IMG/VR virus record: IMGVR_UViG_3300037846_000038
Location: 1-27,001 of that record
Length of the DNA: 27,001 bases
Strand: one strand, 5' to 3'
Source of the DNA: a virus
Lineage: Duplodnaviria; Caudoviricetes
Positions 9,247 through 17,379 of the stretch are shown here, piece after piece (position 1 is the stretch's first letter; each line of letters opens with the position of its first letter). Made by a program: the position numbers and the translations under genes. A model generated the notes under the pieces. It was not told the origin of the DNA. It saw nothing but the letters and a program-made list of their open reading frames with translations, and did no database searches.

Positions 9247-9595
9247 CGGACTTCTCCCCAGAGCGGAGAGCGGCGCGGGCTCGGGCGGCAATCTCACCTC
9301 CGCCATTGCGCCACGGTACAGAGCGCCCTTTTCCGTCATCCACGAAGAGCATGGGGCCACTCTGATCGTTCTCGGCTATCCATGTCAGCGCCTCTCTCGC
9401 AGCGGTAAGTTCGGCTGCGAACTTGGAGCTCAACTCGAATTGCTCTGTAAGCTGCTTGTTCAGGCCGACGATGACGCGCTCGCTGTGTTCGATCTCAGTT
9501 AGGAGCGCGCGAAGATCGGCATCCATTTTTGGACCATGCATGCCCATATCCAGCGCGAACTTAGTGCGACGAATCGCGCCCGATAGATCACTCAC
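9239..9595 (-). CDS. Hypothetical coiled-coil protein
   Basis: 118 aa; 4-bp overlap with the upstream gene. Confidence 0.7.
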   Translation of the reverse strand: MSDLSGAIRRTKFALDMGMHGPKMDADLRALLTEIEHSERVIVGLNKQLTEQFELSSKFAAELTAAREALTWIAENDQSGPMLFVDDGKGRSVPWRNGGGEIAARARAALRSGEKSDG

Positions 9596-9818
9596 CCCTC
9601 ATTCTCCTCAATCCATGCATCAATCTCGCGCATAAGCTCGTCGATAGATGCAGCCTCGACACTCTTCCCGTTGCTGACCCAGCCATCTTCTGGGCCTTCA
9701 TAACTTGCATCGTAATCGGGATGCTGCGCGCGGTAGTCGGCACCGCGCCACGGGATCGGTGGAGGATCATAGCTGATCGACCAGCCACGATATTCTCGAT
9801 CGGTTTTGGTGATGGTGG

Positions 9819-9822
<4 letters not shown>
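9592..9822 (-). CDS. Small acidic hypothetical protein
   Basis: 76 aa, YRGW.I.YDPPPIP.R..D....HPDYD motif; ATGA coupling. Confidence 0.8.
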
Positions 9823-10532
<710 letters not shown>

Positions 10533-10554
10533 AATATGTCTCCCTGTGTCTATC

Positions 10555-10704
10555 TCAGCGACCCGCCCGGCGATCCCAAGACCGATAGCGCGGCCGAAGA
10601 TCCTCTACGCTGTTACGTGCAACCGCCTCCTCGATCCCGTTCCACAGCTTGCCGAGGAGGAAGAAGGAGAGCGCGAAGCTGGCGGCGGCAATGGTGAGAA
10701 GCAT
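10555..10704 (-). CDS. Small protein with N-terminal hydrophobic segment
   Basis: ATG at 10704 (MLLTIAAASFALSFFLLG), AGGA RBS, downstream of the promoter at 10730-10759. Confidence 0.55.
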   Translation of the reverse strand: MLLTIAAASFALSFFLLGKLWNGIEEAVARNSVEDLRPRYRSWDRRAGR

Positions 10705-10729
10705 GTCTGTTGTCCTATCGTTGATGCCT

Positions 10730-10759
10730 TGTGTTACGTAACACATGGGATCATGTCAA
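10730..10759 (-). promoter_or_regulatory. Sigma70-type promoter overlapped by a perfect 16-bp palindrome
   Basis: TTGACA (10759-10754), 17-bp spacer, TAACAC; palindrome TGTGTTACGTAACACA at 10730-10745. Confidence 0.75.
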
Positions 10760-10768
10760 GCGCCATGT

Positions 10769-10945
10769 TCACGGACGAAATCCTGAAGCGAGAGCCTTCA
10801 TCGCTAACGACACGGGACCTGGAACCGCAATGCGGCCGGTCCTCCATCTCGTAACGGTCAGCTGTGTGACCCCAAGCCACTCGGCAAGCTGCGATCCGCT
10901 GCAGCCAATGTGGCCCTGAAGACGCTTAAATTCCCTATGATCCAT
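10769..10945 (-). CDS. Small XRE-like HTH regulator
   Basis: MDHREFK..Q..IG.S..QLAEWLGVT..TVTRWRTG...VPGPV; ATG at 10945. Confidence 0.85.
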   Translation of the reverse strand: MDHREFKRLQGHIGCSGSQLAEWLGVTQLTVTRWRTGRIAVPGPVSLAMKALASGFRP

Positions 10946-10981
10946 CAATATGCTTATACAGACCCGGCATATTGGTATCAA
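10946..10981 (-). promoter_or_regulatory. Promoter with inverted-repeat operator; probably leaderless HTH mRNA
   Basis: TTGATA, 17-bp spacer, TATAAG, then 7 nt to the ATG; IR CAATATGC-N13-GCATATTG (10946-10974) straddles the -10. Confidence 0.7.
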
Positions 10982-11093
10982 CCCCGATCAATTGGACGCT
11001 TCGTCATCCGTCCAGCCGCCCCAAATCACCTGAACCGGGCGCGGCACTGGCTTGCGCTTGACCAGGTGCAACCGCTGCAGCAGCCACAACACG

Positions 11094-11645
11094 TCACTCT
11101 TCCTCAACATCGCTGATCTCCTCGTATTCCGCCTCTTCCGGGGGAGCTAATGCGCGCTGTTGGGATGCCAGGATGAGCTGGCGTAGAGTGTCGCGTTCGT
11201 CTGGAGACAGAAGCGTCGGATCGATCGCCGAGCGCAGCGTCTCGCCGTCTGCGTTCGCGTGCTTGAGCATCGTGGAATCGCCGTAGACCTTGGCTTTTCG
11301 CTTGCCGGCTTCCCACTTCAGAGCGTCGATGATGACCCGGCCGGCTGCAGGATCAAGCTCGCCAGATGCGACCTTCCCGCGCACATCGTTGATTTCGTCA
11401 GCGTTTGTATCGGCTTGATCCTCGCGGGCGCGTGCGTAACGCTCCGCGAATACGGGATTTTCCCTTCTCCAATGATAGACCGTCTGGATGTTTGGGAGAT
11501 GGCTGTCTTTGCAGATGGATGTCAGGCTTTGGCCCATGACGAGGCGGAGGCATATCTCGTCTGCTTGCTCTTCGTCATAGGGCGCTCGGCAGTTCCAGCG
11601 GCTTTTGGGCGCCTCGTACTCATCGATCTGTGGGTTTGTAGCCAT
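11094..11645 (-). CDS. terS: Terminase small subunit (Sf6-like)
   Basis: Y.EE.ADEIC.RL..G.SL..IC....LP...TVY.W......F..RY..ARE.QAD...DEI, and R..IDALKW.A.K.....YGD. Confidence 0.9.
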   Translation of the reverse strand: MATNPQIDEYEAPKSRWNCRAPYDEEQADEICLRLVMGQSLTSICKDSHLPNIQTVYHWRRENPVFAERYARAREDQADTNADEINDVRGKVASGELDPAAGRVIIDALKWEAGKRKAKVYGDSTMLKHANADGETLRSAIDPTLLSPDERDTLRQLILASQQRALAPPEEAEYEEISDVEEE

Positions 11646-11651
11646 GTCCGG

Positions 11652-11973
11652 AGATTACCTCAGACGAGGTGGATTTTCTAGAGTACCTTGTTGAGATCGG
11701 ATACGAGTTTATCGTTATCAGAGCGGACGCGCCGGATAAGTCCCTTATTTTTATCCTTGAGTGCTTGGAACGCCTTAACGAAAAGTGGCTCTTTGGGCTT
11801 TATGAGCAGCAATTGGTAATCGCATTTGGCCATCTTAGCGACCTTGTGCATCCAGACGCTGCCCCCGACCGAAATCTCTCCCTGTACGTAATAGAGGTCG
11901 CCATCCTTAAATTGCGCAGTGATAATCATGTCATTCTCCTTGTTGGTAGATTACCTCAGTTCAGGCGGATTTT
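11652..11973. repeat. Pair of 26-bp imperfect direct repeats flanking one gene
   Basis: AGATTACCTCAGacgAGGtGGATTTT (11652-11677) and AGATTACCTCAGttcAGGcGGATTTT (11948-11973); 22/26 identical. Confidence 0.8.
11678..11929 (-). CDS. Hypothetical Lys-rich protein
   Basis: 83 aa, AGGAG RBS. Confidence 0.7.
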   Translation of the reverse strand: MIITAQFKDGDLYYVQGEISVGGSVWMHKVAKMAKCDYQLLLIKPKEPLFVKAFQALKDKNKGLIRRVRSDNDKLVSDLNKVL

Positions 11974-12230
11974 CCATGGTCTTTGTCAGGCCAGACAGCA
12001 AGACGAGCGTAACCGAACCACCGCATTTTGTCGTCCATCCAAACTTCAGGACGGACGCGCCAAGCGATCTGATCGGCACCTTTTATGAATTCCTGAACAA
12101 GCCAGTCCAGTGCCTCCCGCGCGTTTTGCGCATCGGAATATCCGGTTTCTCTGTCGGTCGTTATTGACGTGTAGATGTTACCGAAGACGTGAAAGTTTTT
12201 CGGCCCATCGAATTCCAATGGCGTTGTCAT
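11961..12230 (-). CDS. Hypothetical protein
   Basis: 89 aa; ATGA overlap with the HigA-like gene. Confidence 0.7.
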   Translation of the reverse strand: MTTPLEFDGPKNFHVFGNIYTSITTDRETGYSDAQNAREALDWLVQEFIKGADQIAWRVRPEVWMDDKMRWFGYARLAVWPDKDHGKSA

Positions 12231-12493
12231 TTCTCATCGCCTTTCGATTTGTCGTAGTTCTGCTGCATACGGGTCCATGATTCCGGACTGGTGATCGTGA
12301 GTTTACCGATGCGTTCGGCTCTCCATGGTGTGATGGGTCGTTCGCAGTGGAGGATTTCGTCGAGCGTCTGGCGCGATATGCCTAAGCGCAGAGCGATTTC
12401 TGTGTCCTTCATGCCTAGGTAGGGCAGAACGTCCTCTCGTAGGATCTCTCCCGGATGGATGGGCCGCAGTCCTGATGTCAGCGCGTTGTTCAC
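12227..12493 (-). CDS. higA: HigA/VapI-family HTH antitoxin-like protein
   Basis: PIHPGEILREDVL...LGISRQTL.EI....RPIT...A.RIGKL...SPESW..MQ..YD. Confidence 0.9.
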   Translation of the reverse strand: MNNALTSGLRPIHPGEILREDVLPYLGMKDTEIALRLGISRQTLDEILHCERPITPWRAERIGKLTITSPESWTRMQQNYDKSKGDEK

Positions 12494-12753
12494 GGGTTTT
12501 TCCTAGACCATTCGAGACGTTCCGCGTTCATCAGCGCGCACTGCTCTCGGGTGATTTTGATAATATCAGCGTTCTGATCTAAAAGGCTTTTATGGGCAAT
12601 TTCGGTTGGCTTGCAGCCTTCGGAGATGCGGACCATCTCGTAGTAATTCCCGCGCTTCCGATTGATCTTCGTCAAGCGCACGCAGCCATCAGGATAAAGT
12701 TCTCCCTCTGCGTGGCATGGACCGTCCATTTCGAACGATGAGGATATCAGCAT
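12490..12753 (-). CDS. Hypothetical protein
   Basis: 87 aa, GAGGA RBS. Confidence 0.65.
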   Translation of the reverse strand: MLISSSFEMDGPCHAEGELYPDGCVRLTKINRKRGNYYEMVRISEGCKPTEIAHKSLLDQNADIIKITREQCALMNAERLEWSRKNP

Positions 12754-12763
12754 GTCGTTTTCC

Positions 12764-13114
12764 TCAATGTGTCACCGAAACACCACAGGACACCATCTCT
12801 ATCCCGAGCGCAGCATGGATTTCAACGTGCAGCCCCTTGAGTAGGTCTAGCTCTTCCATGATGGCTTCGTGATCGGTCTGGGCTCGGCGCTCTGCGGATT
12901 GTCCTCCGAGGTTCTGACCCACGAGGATAATCGGAAGTAATATCAGCTGGAGGAAAGTTTGCGCGGTCCAAGCGATCAACGGACCAGTTCCGCCCTTGAT
13001 AGCTTCGGGAAGGCTCACCAGTGCGAGACCAGCAAAGGCATATGTGCACCACATCGTACCCACCGCATTCGTGATGCGGATGGCTATCCAGTCGTTTATG
13101 GATGCGATGGTCAT
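12764..13114 (-). CDS. DUF1003-like membrane protein
   Basis: ND.IA..IT..VGTMW..Y.F, W..QTFLQL.LLP.I.VGQN; two hydrophobic segments. Confidence 0.75.
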   Translation of the reverse strand: MTIASINDWIAIRITNAVGTMWCTYAFAGLALVSLPEAIKGGTGPLIAWTAQTFLQLILLPIILVGQNLGGQSAERRAQTDHEAIMEELDLLKGLHVEIHAALGIEMVSCGVSVTH

Positions 13115-13145
13115 GTGGTCAGTCTACCACTTTTGAGTTAGGTGG

Positions 13146-13394
13146 TCACGCATCTGGTTCGTGAAACCGGCAGAAATCATCCCTGAGTTTCGTGTGCGTT
13201 TCTCTGCTGTAGCAGCATTGCCCGGAGATGTTGTAGGTTTCCACCTCCTTCACTCTGTCCAAGCTGTCATAATGGCAACGGGTTCTGGCGTAATCGAAAA
13301 TTGAAAGCCAACCCTCTGGCTTAGGGAAAACCCAGGGAATCTCCTTCTGCTCGTGCGGCTTCCACCAGCGGCATTCATCGCATCTCATCGTCAC
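13146..13394 (-). CDS. Cys-rich hypothetical protein
   Basis: CDECRWW...GQC.......DDFC..H, a putative metal-binding pattern. Confidence 0.65.
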   Translation of the reverse strand: MTMRCDECRWWKPHEQKEIPWVFPKPEGWLSIFDYARTRCHYDSLDRVKEVETYNISGQCCYSRETHTKLRDDFCRFHEPDA

Positions 13395-13705
13395 TTCCCA
13401 TCCTTCTGCATCTCTCGGCCGCGCTTGATGGCGGCAAGCATGGCCTTGACCGCCGTTCCGTTATCGGCTCGACCATCCATGACGAAGGATTGGGAATAGC
13501 TCTTTTTACAATCACTGTGCTCCCACGCCAGTGTTCGGGCTTCTACTAGGTCTGGATCAACCGGTTCCGGAAGGAGGGCGGAAACCGCCTTAGCCTCGTC
13601 AATGGTTTCTCCATAGCCACGGAATGGATAATAGCTCTCATCGTGAGCCCAAGCCCTGATGAGAACCGTCATCCGTTCGACCAGTGCATCATCGATCTTG
13701 GTCAC
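13391..13705 (-). CDS. Hypothetical protein, tandem paralog A
   Basis: LPEPVDPDLVEAR...AIKRGRE..DGK, shared with the next gene. Confidence 0.8.
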   Translation of the reverse strand: MTKIDDALVERMTVLIRAWAHDESYYPFRGYGETIDEAKAVSALLPEPVDPDLVEARTLAWEHSDCKKSYSQSFVMDGRADNGTAVKAMLAAIKRGREMQKDGK

Positions 13706-14034
13706 TTTCCATCCCTCTCAAGTTCTCGGCCGCGCTTGATGGCGGAGAGAATATTTCTAACAGTCGATGTTCCATCGTAATCACCATCACGAACGGCTTC
13801 GGCCATCCGTTGCGTGTAACAAGCGTCGCGAGTGCAGATTTCCCGTGCTTCGATCAGATCGGGATCGACCGGTTTCGGCAGAAAATCCACGATCTCACGA
13901 GCGCGGCTATAATCTGCATCTACATAGTAAGAGGCAATCGTCGCGCCTCTGCCAGCCATATCCCGCACAAGACGGCACATCCATTCGTACATCTGACGCT
14001 CGCCCTTATCGAGGAGTTTTGATGTATCGGTCAT
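13702..14034 (-). CDS. Hypothetical protein, tandem paralog B
   Basis: LPKPVDPDLIEAR...AIKRGRE..DGK. Confidence 0.8.
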   Translation of the reverse strand: MTDTSKLLDKGERQMYEWMCRLVRDMAGRGATIASYYVDADYSRAREIVDFLPKPVDPDLIEAREICTRDACYTQRMAEAVRDGDYDGTSTVRNILSAIKRGRELERDGK

Positions 14035-14210
14035 CCGAAAAACCCTCCTGCGTAGAGAATACCGATCATGGAACCTGGGTACGTCAGGCAGCCGATTGCA
14101 GCGGCGATGCGCTCAGCATTTGAGCCGCCGTTCGTGCGCCTGACGATGCGCTTAACGGTCCCAAGGGTGATCAACACTATCATCGTGATTTGCGGCCAAT
14201 GCATCATCAT
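14031..14210 (-). CDS. Small two-TM membrane protein
   Basis: MMMHWPQI...ILYAGGFFG; AGGAG RBS before ATG at 14210. Confidence 0.7.
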   Translation of the reverse strand: MMMHWPQITMIVLITLGTVKRIVRRTNGGSNAERIAAAIGCLTYPGSMIGILYAGGFFG

Positions 14211-14359
14211 TCTCCTATCAGCGGATGCGTTTTCGGCTCCGCGAGTTTCGCCTTCATTGCCTTGCGTATCTCTTCGTTCGTCCACTTCCCGGCGATAGAG
14301 AAGGTTCTTCCCTCATGCTCTATACGGGTCATTCTGTCTGTGGGGCGGGTGATTTTCAT
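14207..14359 (-). CDS. Hypothetical protein (50 aa)
   Basis: Hand translation MKITRPTDRMTRIEHEGRTFSIAGKW...; ATGA overlaps at both ends. Confidence 0.6.
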   Translation of the reverse strand: MKITRPTDRMTRIEHEGRTFSIAGKWTNEEIRKAMKAKLAEPKTHPLIGE

Positions 14360-14523
14360 GCATTATCCTTCGTCGGTTGATAGTCGACAATATCGAAGTC
14401 AGATGGCCCAGTATCCCAAGGTTTCCAACGCCATCCCTTCGGATCGATCCCACGCCGAATGCGACCATTGCGGAAGCGAATGTCGCACCTGTCGATATCG
14501 GGAATTTCACCAATGTTTTTCAT
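14356..14523 (-). CDS. Hypothetical phage protein
   Basis: MKN.G..P.....DIRFRNG.......WRW......DFDIVDY; ATG at 14523 coupled to the upstream stop. Confidence 0.7.
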   Translation of the reverse strand: MKNIGEIPDIDRCDIRFRNGRIRRGIDPKGWRWKPWDTGPSDFDIVDYQPTKDNA

Positions 14524-14816
14524 TCTGGACCATTTGTTTGCAAAAGTCCCGCCGCCATCCACAGTTTCGATACCACGTCCCACAATGTACCGATTTCATC
14601 CGGAGACGGCTTGGTCGAAAGAGCATGGGCCGTCACCAGACTGGAAATCGTATAGAGGATCTGGTCCGCCTGCCATTTGACCTCTGCGCGCTTGGTGTTC
14701 GCCCTGTCCCGCATCAACAATAGCTTGGCGCGGTGCTCCAACTCCTGTCCCGATGATAACCTTGGGATGAAGGTTTTCACATTCTCCTCGTAGGCATGCC
14801 ATGCGGGTTTGCTCAT
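14520..14816 (-). CDS. Hypothetical protein
   Basis: 98 aa; ATGA overlap with the helicase stop. Confidence 0.7.
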   Translation of the reverse strand: MSKPAWHAYEENVKTFIPRLSSGQELEHRAKLLLMRDRANTKRAEVKWQADQILYTISSLVTAHALSTKPSPDEIGTLWDVVSKLWMAAGLLQTNGPE

Positions 14817-16297
14817 CGCGCACCATTGGCTTGTCGGCTCTTTGCGAAGGCAATGTTCCGGCTACGGATATAGGACAGGGTTTCAGGTGACGGATTGACC
14901 GGTTGGACACCATCCTTTTTGTGTGGCCATTCGTTGAACCGGTTCCGGAACGTCGCCAGTGCATAGCTCATCGTCTTGCCGTGCAGATGGCAGTAGCCGA
15001 GCAACTCCTGATAGAAACGCAGCTTGTCGGACGGCTTGGGCTTGGCCCGCTTCACCGTCGCCTCCGTCTGCTTGCCGCCCTGCACCAGAGACAGCGCCCC
15101 AGCGCCCTCACGAAGGTCTGACGTGCGATCCTTTGGCACATGGCCACAAGCGCATGGAGCGCCCTTGTTGGAGCGCAGAGCGTGGCAAGACGGGCATTCT
15201 GCTGGCGTAGTGGCCGCGCGCAGTTCGGTCTTCTGTCGCTCGCCTTTCTTGGCCGTGCACATTTCGTCCCGGTGAATGTCTGTCGGGAACCCCAAGCGCA
15301 GAACCGTATCGGTATGGTCGAGAATGATACAATCACCGATGCCGGGGTTCACTCTTAGGCCGCGCCCAATCATCTGCACAGCTAGCGAGGCTGACTTGGT
15401 AGGCCGTGCCAGGATCACACATCCGATAGCCCAGTCCACGCCCTTAGTCAGGCATCCGACATTGGAAACGACCTGGATATCTCCGTTGTTCAACTGGCGT
15501 TCGATGTCCCTACGTTCTTCGGCAGGTGTCTCTCCGTCGATATACCCGCAAGGAACCCCAGCCTCGTTGAACCGATCTGCCATCAATCGGGCATGCGCAC
15601 GGTCCACGCAGAAGCACAGTGTAGGCATGCCTTGCCCGAGATTCTTCCATGTCTGCACGACGTCGGCGACAAGCGTTTCGTCGCCCATCACGCGGGCTAG
15701 GTCATCTTCGTCGTAATCGCCGGCAATGACCTTGGTTTTCGACAAATCCGGATGAGAGGGAGCATAGACCTTGAACGGCGAGAGATATCCCTGATCGATC
15801 AGCTCTTGCATGCGAACAGGCACCAGAAGCTCTTCGTAACTGTTGCCCAGACCCTTGCTCCAAGGGGTTGCAGACAGGCCGATAAAAATCTTTTCCGGGT
15901 TTTCGTCCATCATATCCCGGATGGCTTTGTACTGGGCATGGGCTTCATCGACGATCGCGAAATCGAAATCCGGAATGCTGCGACGAGCCAAGGTCTGCAC
16001 CGATGCCACCTGGATCGGCTTGCTGTAATTGGTCCGCCAATGGCTCCCTTGGATTACTCCGATGTCTTCCAAGCCATGCTCTTCGAAACGCTGTACCGTC
16101 TGATCGATGAGAGAGATGGCATCCACGATGAACAAGACCCGCTTCCGCTTCTCGCGGGCCATGCGGATGATCTCTGCGGCGATCACGGTCTTTCCTGCAC
16201 CAGTGCATAACTGCAACATGATGCGCTTGCGGCGGCGGCGGAGTGCGTCTCGGCACATCTCGATTGCTTTGGATTGGTATGTTCGCAGTGATCTCAT
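14813..16297 (-). CDS. Superfamily II DEAH helicase (RadD/YejH-like) with C-terminal Zn finger
   Basis: LR.YQ (Q motif), TGAGKT, IVDEAH, GLSATP, LTKGVD, QMIGRGLR, CPSC...CACG. Confidence 0.95.
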   Translation of the reverse strand: MRSLRTYQSKAIEMCRDALRRRRKRIMLQLCTGAGKTVIAAEIIRMAREKRKRVLFIVDAISLIDQTVQRFEEHGLEDIGVIQGSHWRTNYSKPIQVASVQTLARRSIPDFDFAIVDEAHAQYKAIRDMMDENPEKIFIGLSATPWSKGLGNSYEELLVPVRMQELIDQGYLSPFKVYAPSHPDLSKTKVIAGDYDEDDLARVMGDETLVADVVQTWKNLGQGMPTLCFCVDRAHARLMADRFNEAGVPCGYIDGETPAEERRDIERQLNNGDIQVVSNVGCLTKGVDWAIGCVILARPTKSASLAVQMIGRGLRVNPGIGDCIILDHTDTVLRLGFPTDIHRDEMCTAKKGERQKTELRAATTPAECPSCHALRSNKGAPCACGHVPKDRTSDLREGAGALSLVQGGKQTEATVKRAKPKPSDKLRFYQELLGYCHLHGKTMSYALATFRNRFNEWPHKKDGVQPVNPSPETLSYIRSRNIAFAKSRQANGAR

Positions 16298-16327
16298 CTC
16301 ATCCCCCGTTAGAAGGCTTCATCCATT

Positions 16328-16705
16328 TCAAATGGTCTTACCTGTCAGCCATTCGTCGACGGTCTTGGATCGCTTTGAGCGATTGCACTTAAAACAGGCA
16401 GTCGTCAGATTGCTCATATCGCTAGATCCACCCTTAGACACAGGATGGATATGGTCGCACTCCATGGGACCATTCACTGTTCCGCAGTAAGTGCAGGTAA
16501 AATTATCTCTCTCGAAAACGAGAGCCCTGACAGCCTGCCATTCCCTAGTTGGCAACCTAAAATATGGACCTTTGACGAACCGAGAAAAATCATTCTTCGC
16601 TCCAGCCGATGCCTCTAGGAACAGCTTGCGAAATTTCTTTGCAGGCAATCTCTGAAGAGTTGGGTCATTGAGAATATCAGGGTTGATCATGAGGTAGGCG
16701 CTCAT
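16328..16705 (-). CDS. HNH endonuclease
   Basis: VFERDNFTCTYCG...DHIHPVSKGG....NL..AC..CN.SK. Confidence 0.92.
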   Translation of the reverse strand: MSAYLMINPDILNDPTLQRLPAKKFRKLFLEASAGAKNDFSRFVKGPYFRLPTREWQAVRALVFERDNFTCTYCGTVNGPMECDHIHPVSKGGSSDMSNLTTACFKCNRSKRSKTVDEWLTGKTI

Positions 16706-17100
16706 GGCTTGGCGAACCTCAGGATCTTGGCACCCCCATGCCGAGCACTATTTTCTTCTTCCTTACCTACTCCGTTAGGAGAGGTAGGAATCGTGGGTAA
16801 ATTTGACCCCATGGGTTGGGTAATTTTTACCCAGCGGGAAGAGGGGCCTATTTGGATGTGATCACTGGTCCGAAGGGTGCCAATAGATCGTCTGACGCGA
16901 CGTATAAATCCGCCCTCTTCCAACGTCTGCAATGCGGTTCTAGCCGTCTTGCGCGAACATCCGCAGCGTTCAGCAATTGTGCCCTGCGCCATGAATGACC
17001 AGCCATTGGCATCGGAGCGATCTGCGAGCACAATGAGGACCAGCTTTTCAAGCGATCCCGTCTTTTGGGCCAACGCCCACCCGATCTGTTTCGCGCTCAC
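16702..17100 (-). CDS. Short winged-HTH (HTH_36-like) replication initiator-like protein
   Basis: WAL.Q.....KLVLIVLADR....G.S.....TIA.RCG.SRKT....L..LE..G.I.R; located upstream of the helicase. Confidence 0.8.
   Translation of the reverse strand: MSAKQIGWALAQKTGSLEKLVLIVLADRSDANGWSFMAQGTIAERCGCSRKTARTALQTLEEGGFIRRVRRSIGTLRTSDHIQIGPSSRWVKITQPMGSNLPTIPTSPNGVGKEEENSARHGGAKILRFAKP
16795..16832. repeat. Two palindromic iteron-like 15-mers (candidate origin)
   Basis: GGGTAAATTTGACCC (16795-16809) and GGGTAATTTTTACCC (16818-16832) inside the initiator-like gene. Confidence 0.55.
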
Positions 17101-17112
17101 AGAACGGAAGCC

Positions 17113-17141
17113 TTGAAACAGAAATGAACTATGGGTATTAA
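17113..17141 (+). promoter_or_regulatory. Antisense sigma70-type promoter
   Basis: TTGAAA, 17-bp spacer, TATTAA, pointing against the direction of the arm. Confidence 0.55.
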
Positions 17142-17146
17142 GGGGT

Positions 17147-17265
17147 CAGTCACCGTGATTTTCCTTCGTCGTCATGGTGATCAGGAGCTGGCACTCCGTT
17201 TTCACCGATCCCCCAGTTCGTAGAGCATGGCTCCGGGCTGGGGGTTAGGGGAAACATACCCTAAA
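17147..17265 (+). ncRNA. Putative counter-transcribed structured RNA
   Basis: Non-coding gap with consecutive stems whose mismatches are G-U wobbles only on the + strand; upstream promoter present. Confidence 0.45.
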
Positions 17266-17338
17266 GTAGTACTACCTTCAAGCGTATAGATTTGTTGCGC
17301 AATCAGTCCACAATGGGTGTGCGTTGATCTTCACGCCG

Positions 17339-17375
17339 AGATGAGTGCGGCGGTTGGCAATAGCCGCACTCATCT
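17339..17375. terminator. Strong hairpin (terminator or attenuator)
   Basis: Perfect 13-bp IR AGATGAGTGCGGC / GCCGCACTCATCT just after the stop of 17380..17736. Confidence 0.65.
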
Positions 17376-17379
17376 TTGC

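Noticed and set aside
10988-11092. Possible 34-aa ORF (MLWLLQRLHL...) after terS
   Set aside because: Too short to support without homology or expression data.
11961-12753. Complete HigBA toxin-antitoxin pair
   Set aside because: Neither neighbour shows a recognisable RelE/HigB pattern by eye.
14031-14210. Holin call for the small two-TM protein (or 12764..13114)
   Set aside because: No endolysin nearby; hydrophobicity alone is insufficient.
17200-17265. tRNA-like fragments (GTTCG, TAGAGCA)
   Set aside because: Elements are in the wrong order and no cloverleaf can be built.
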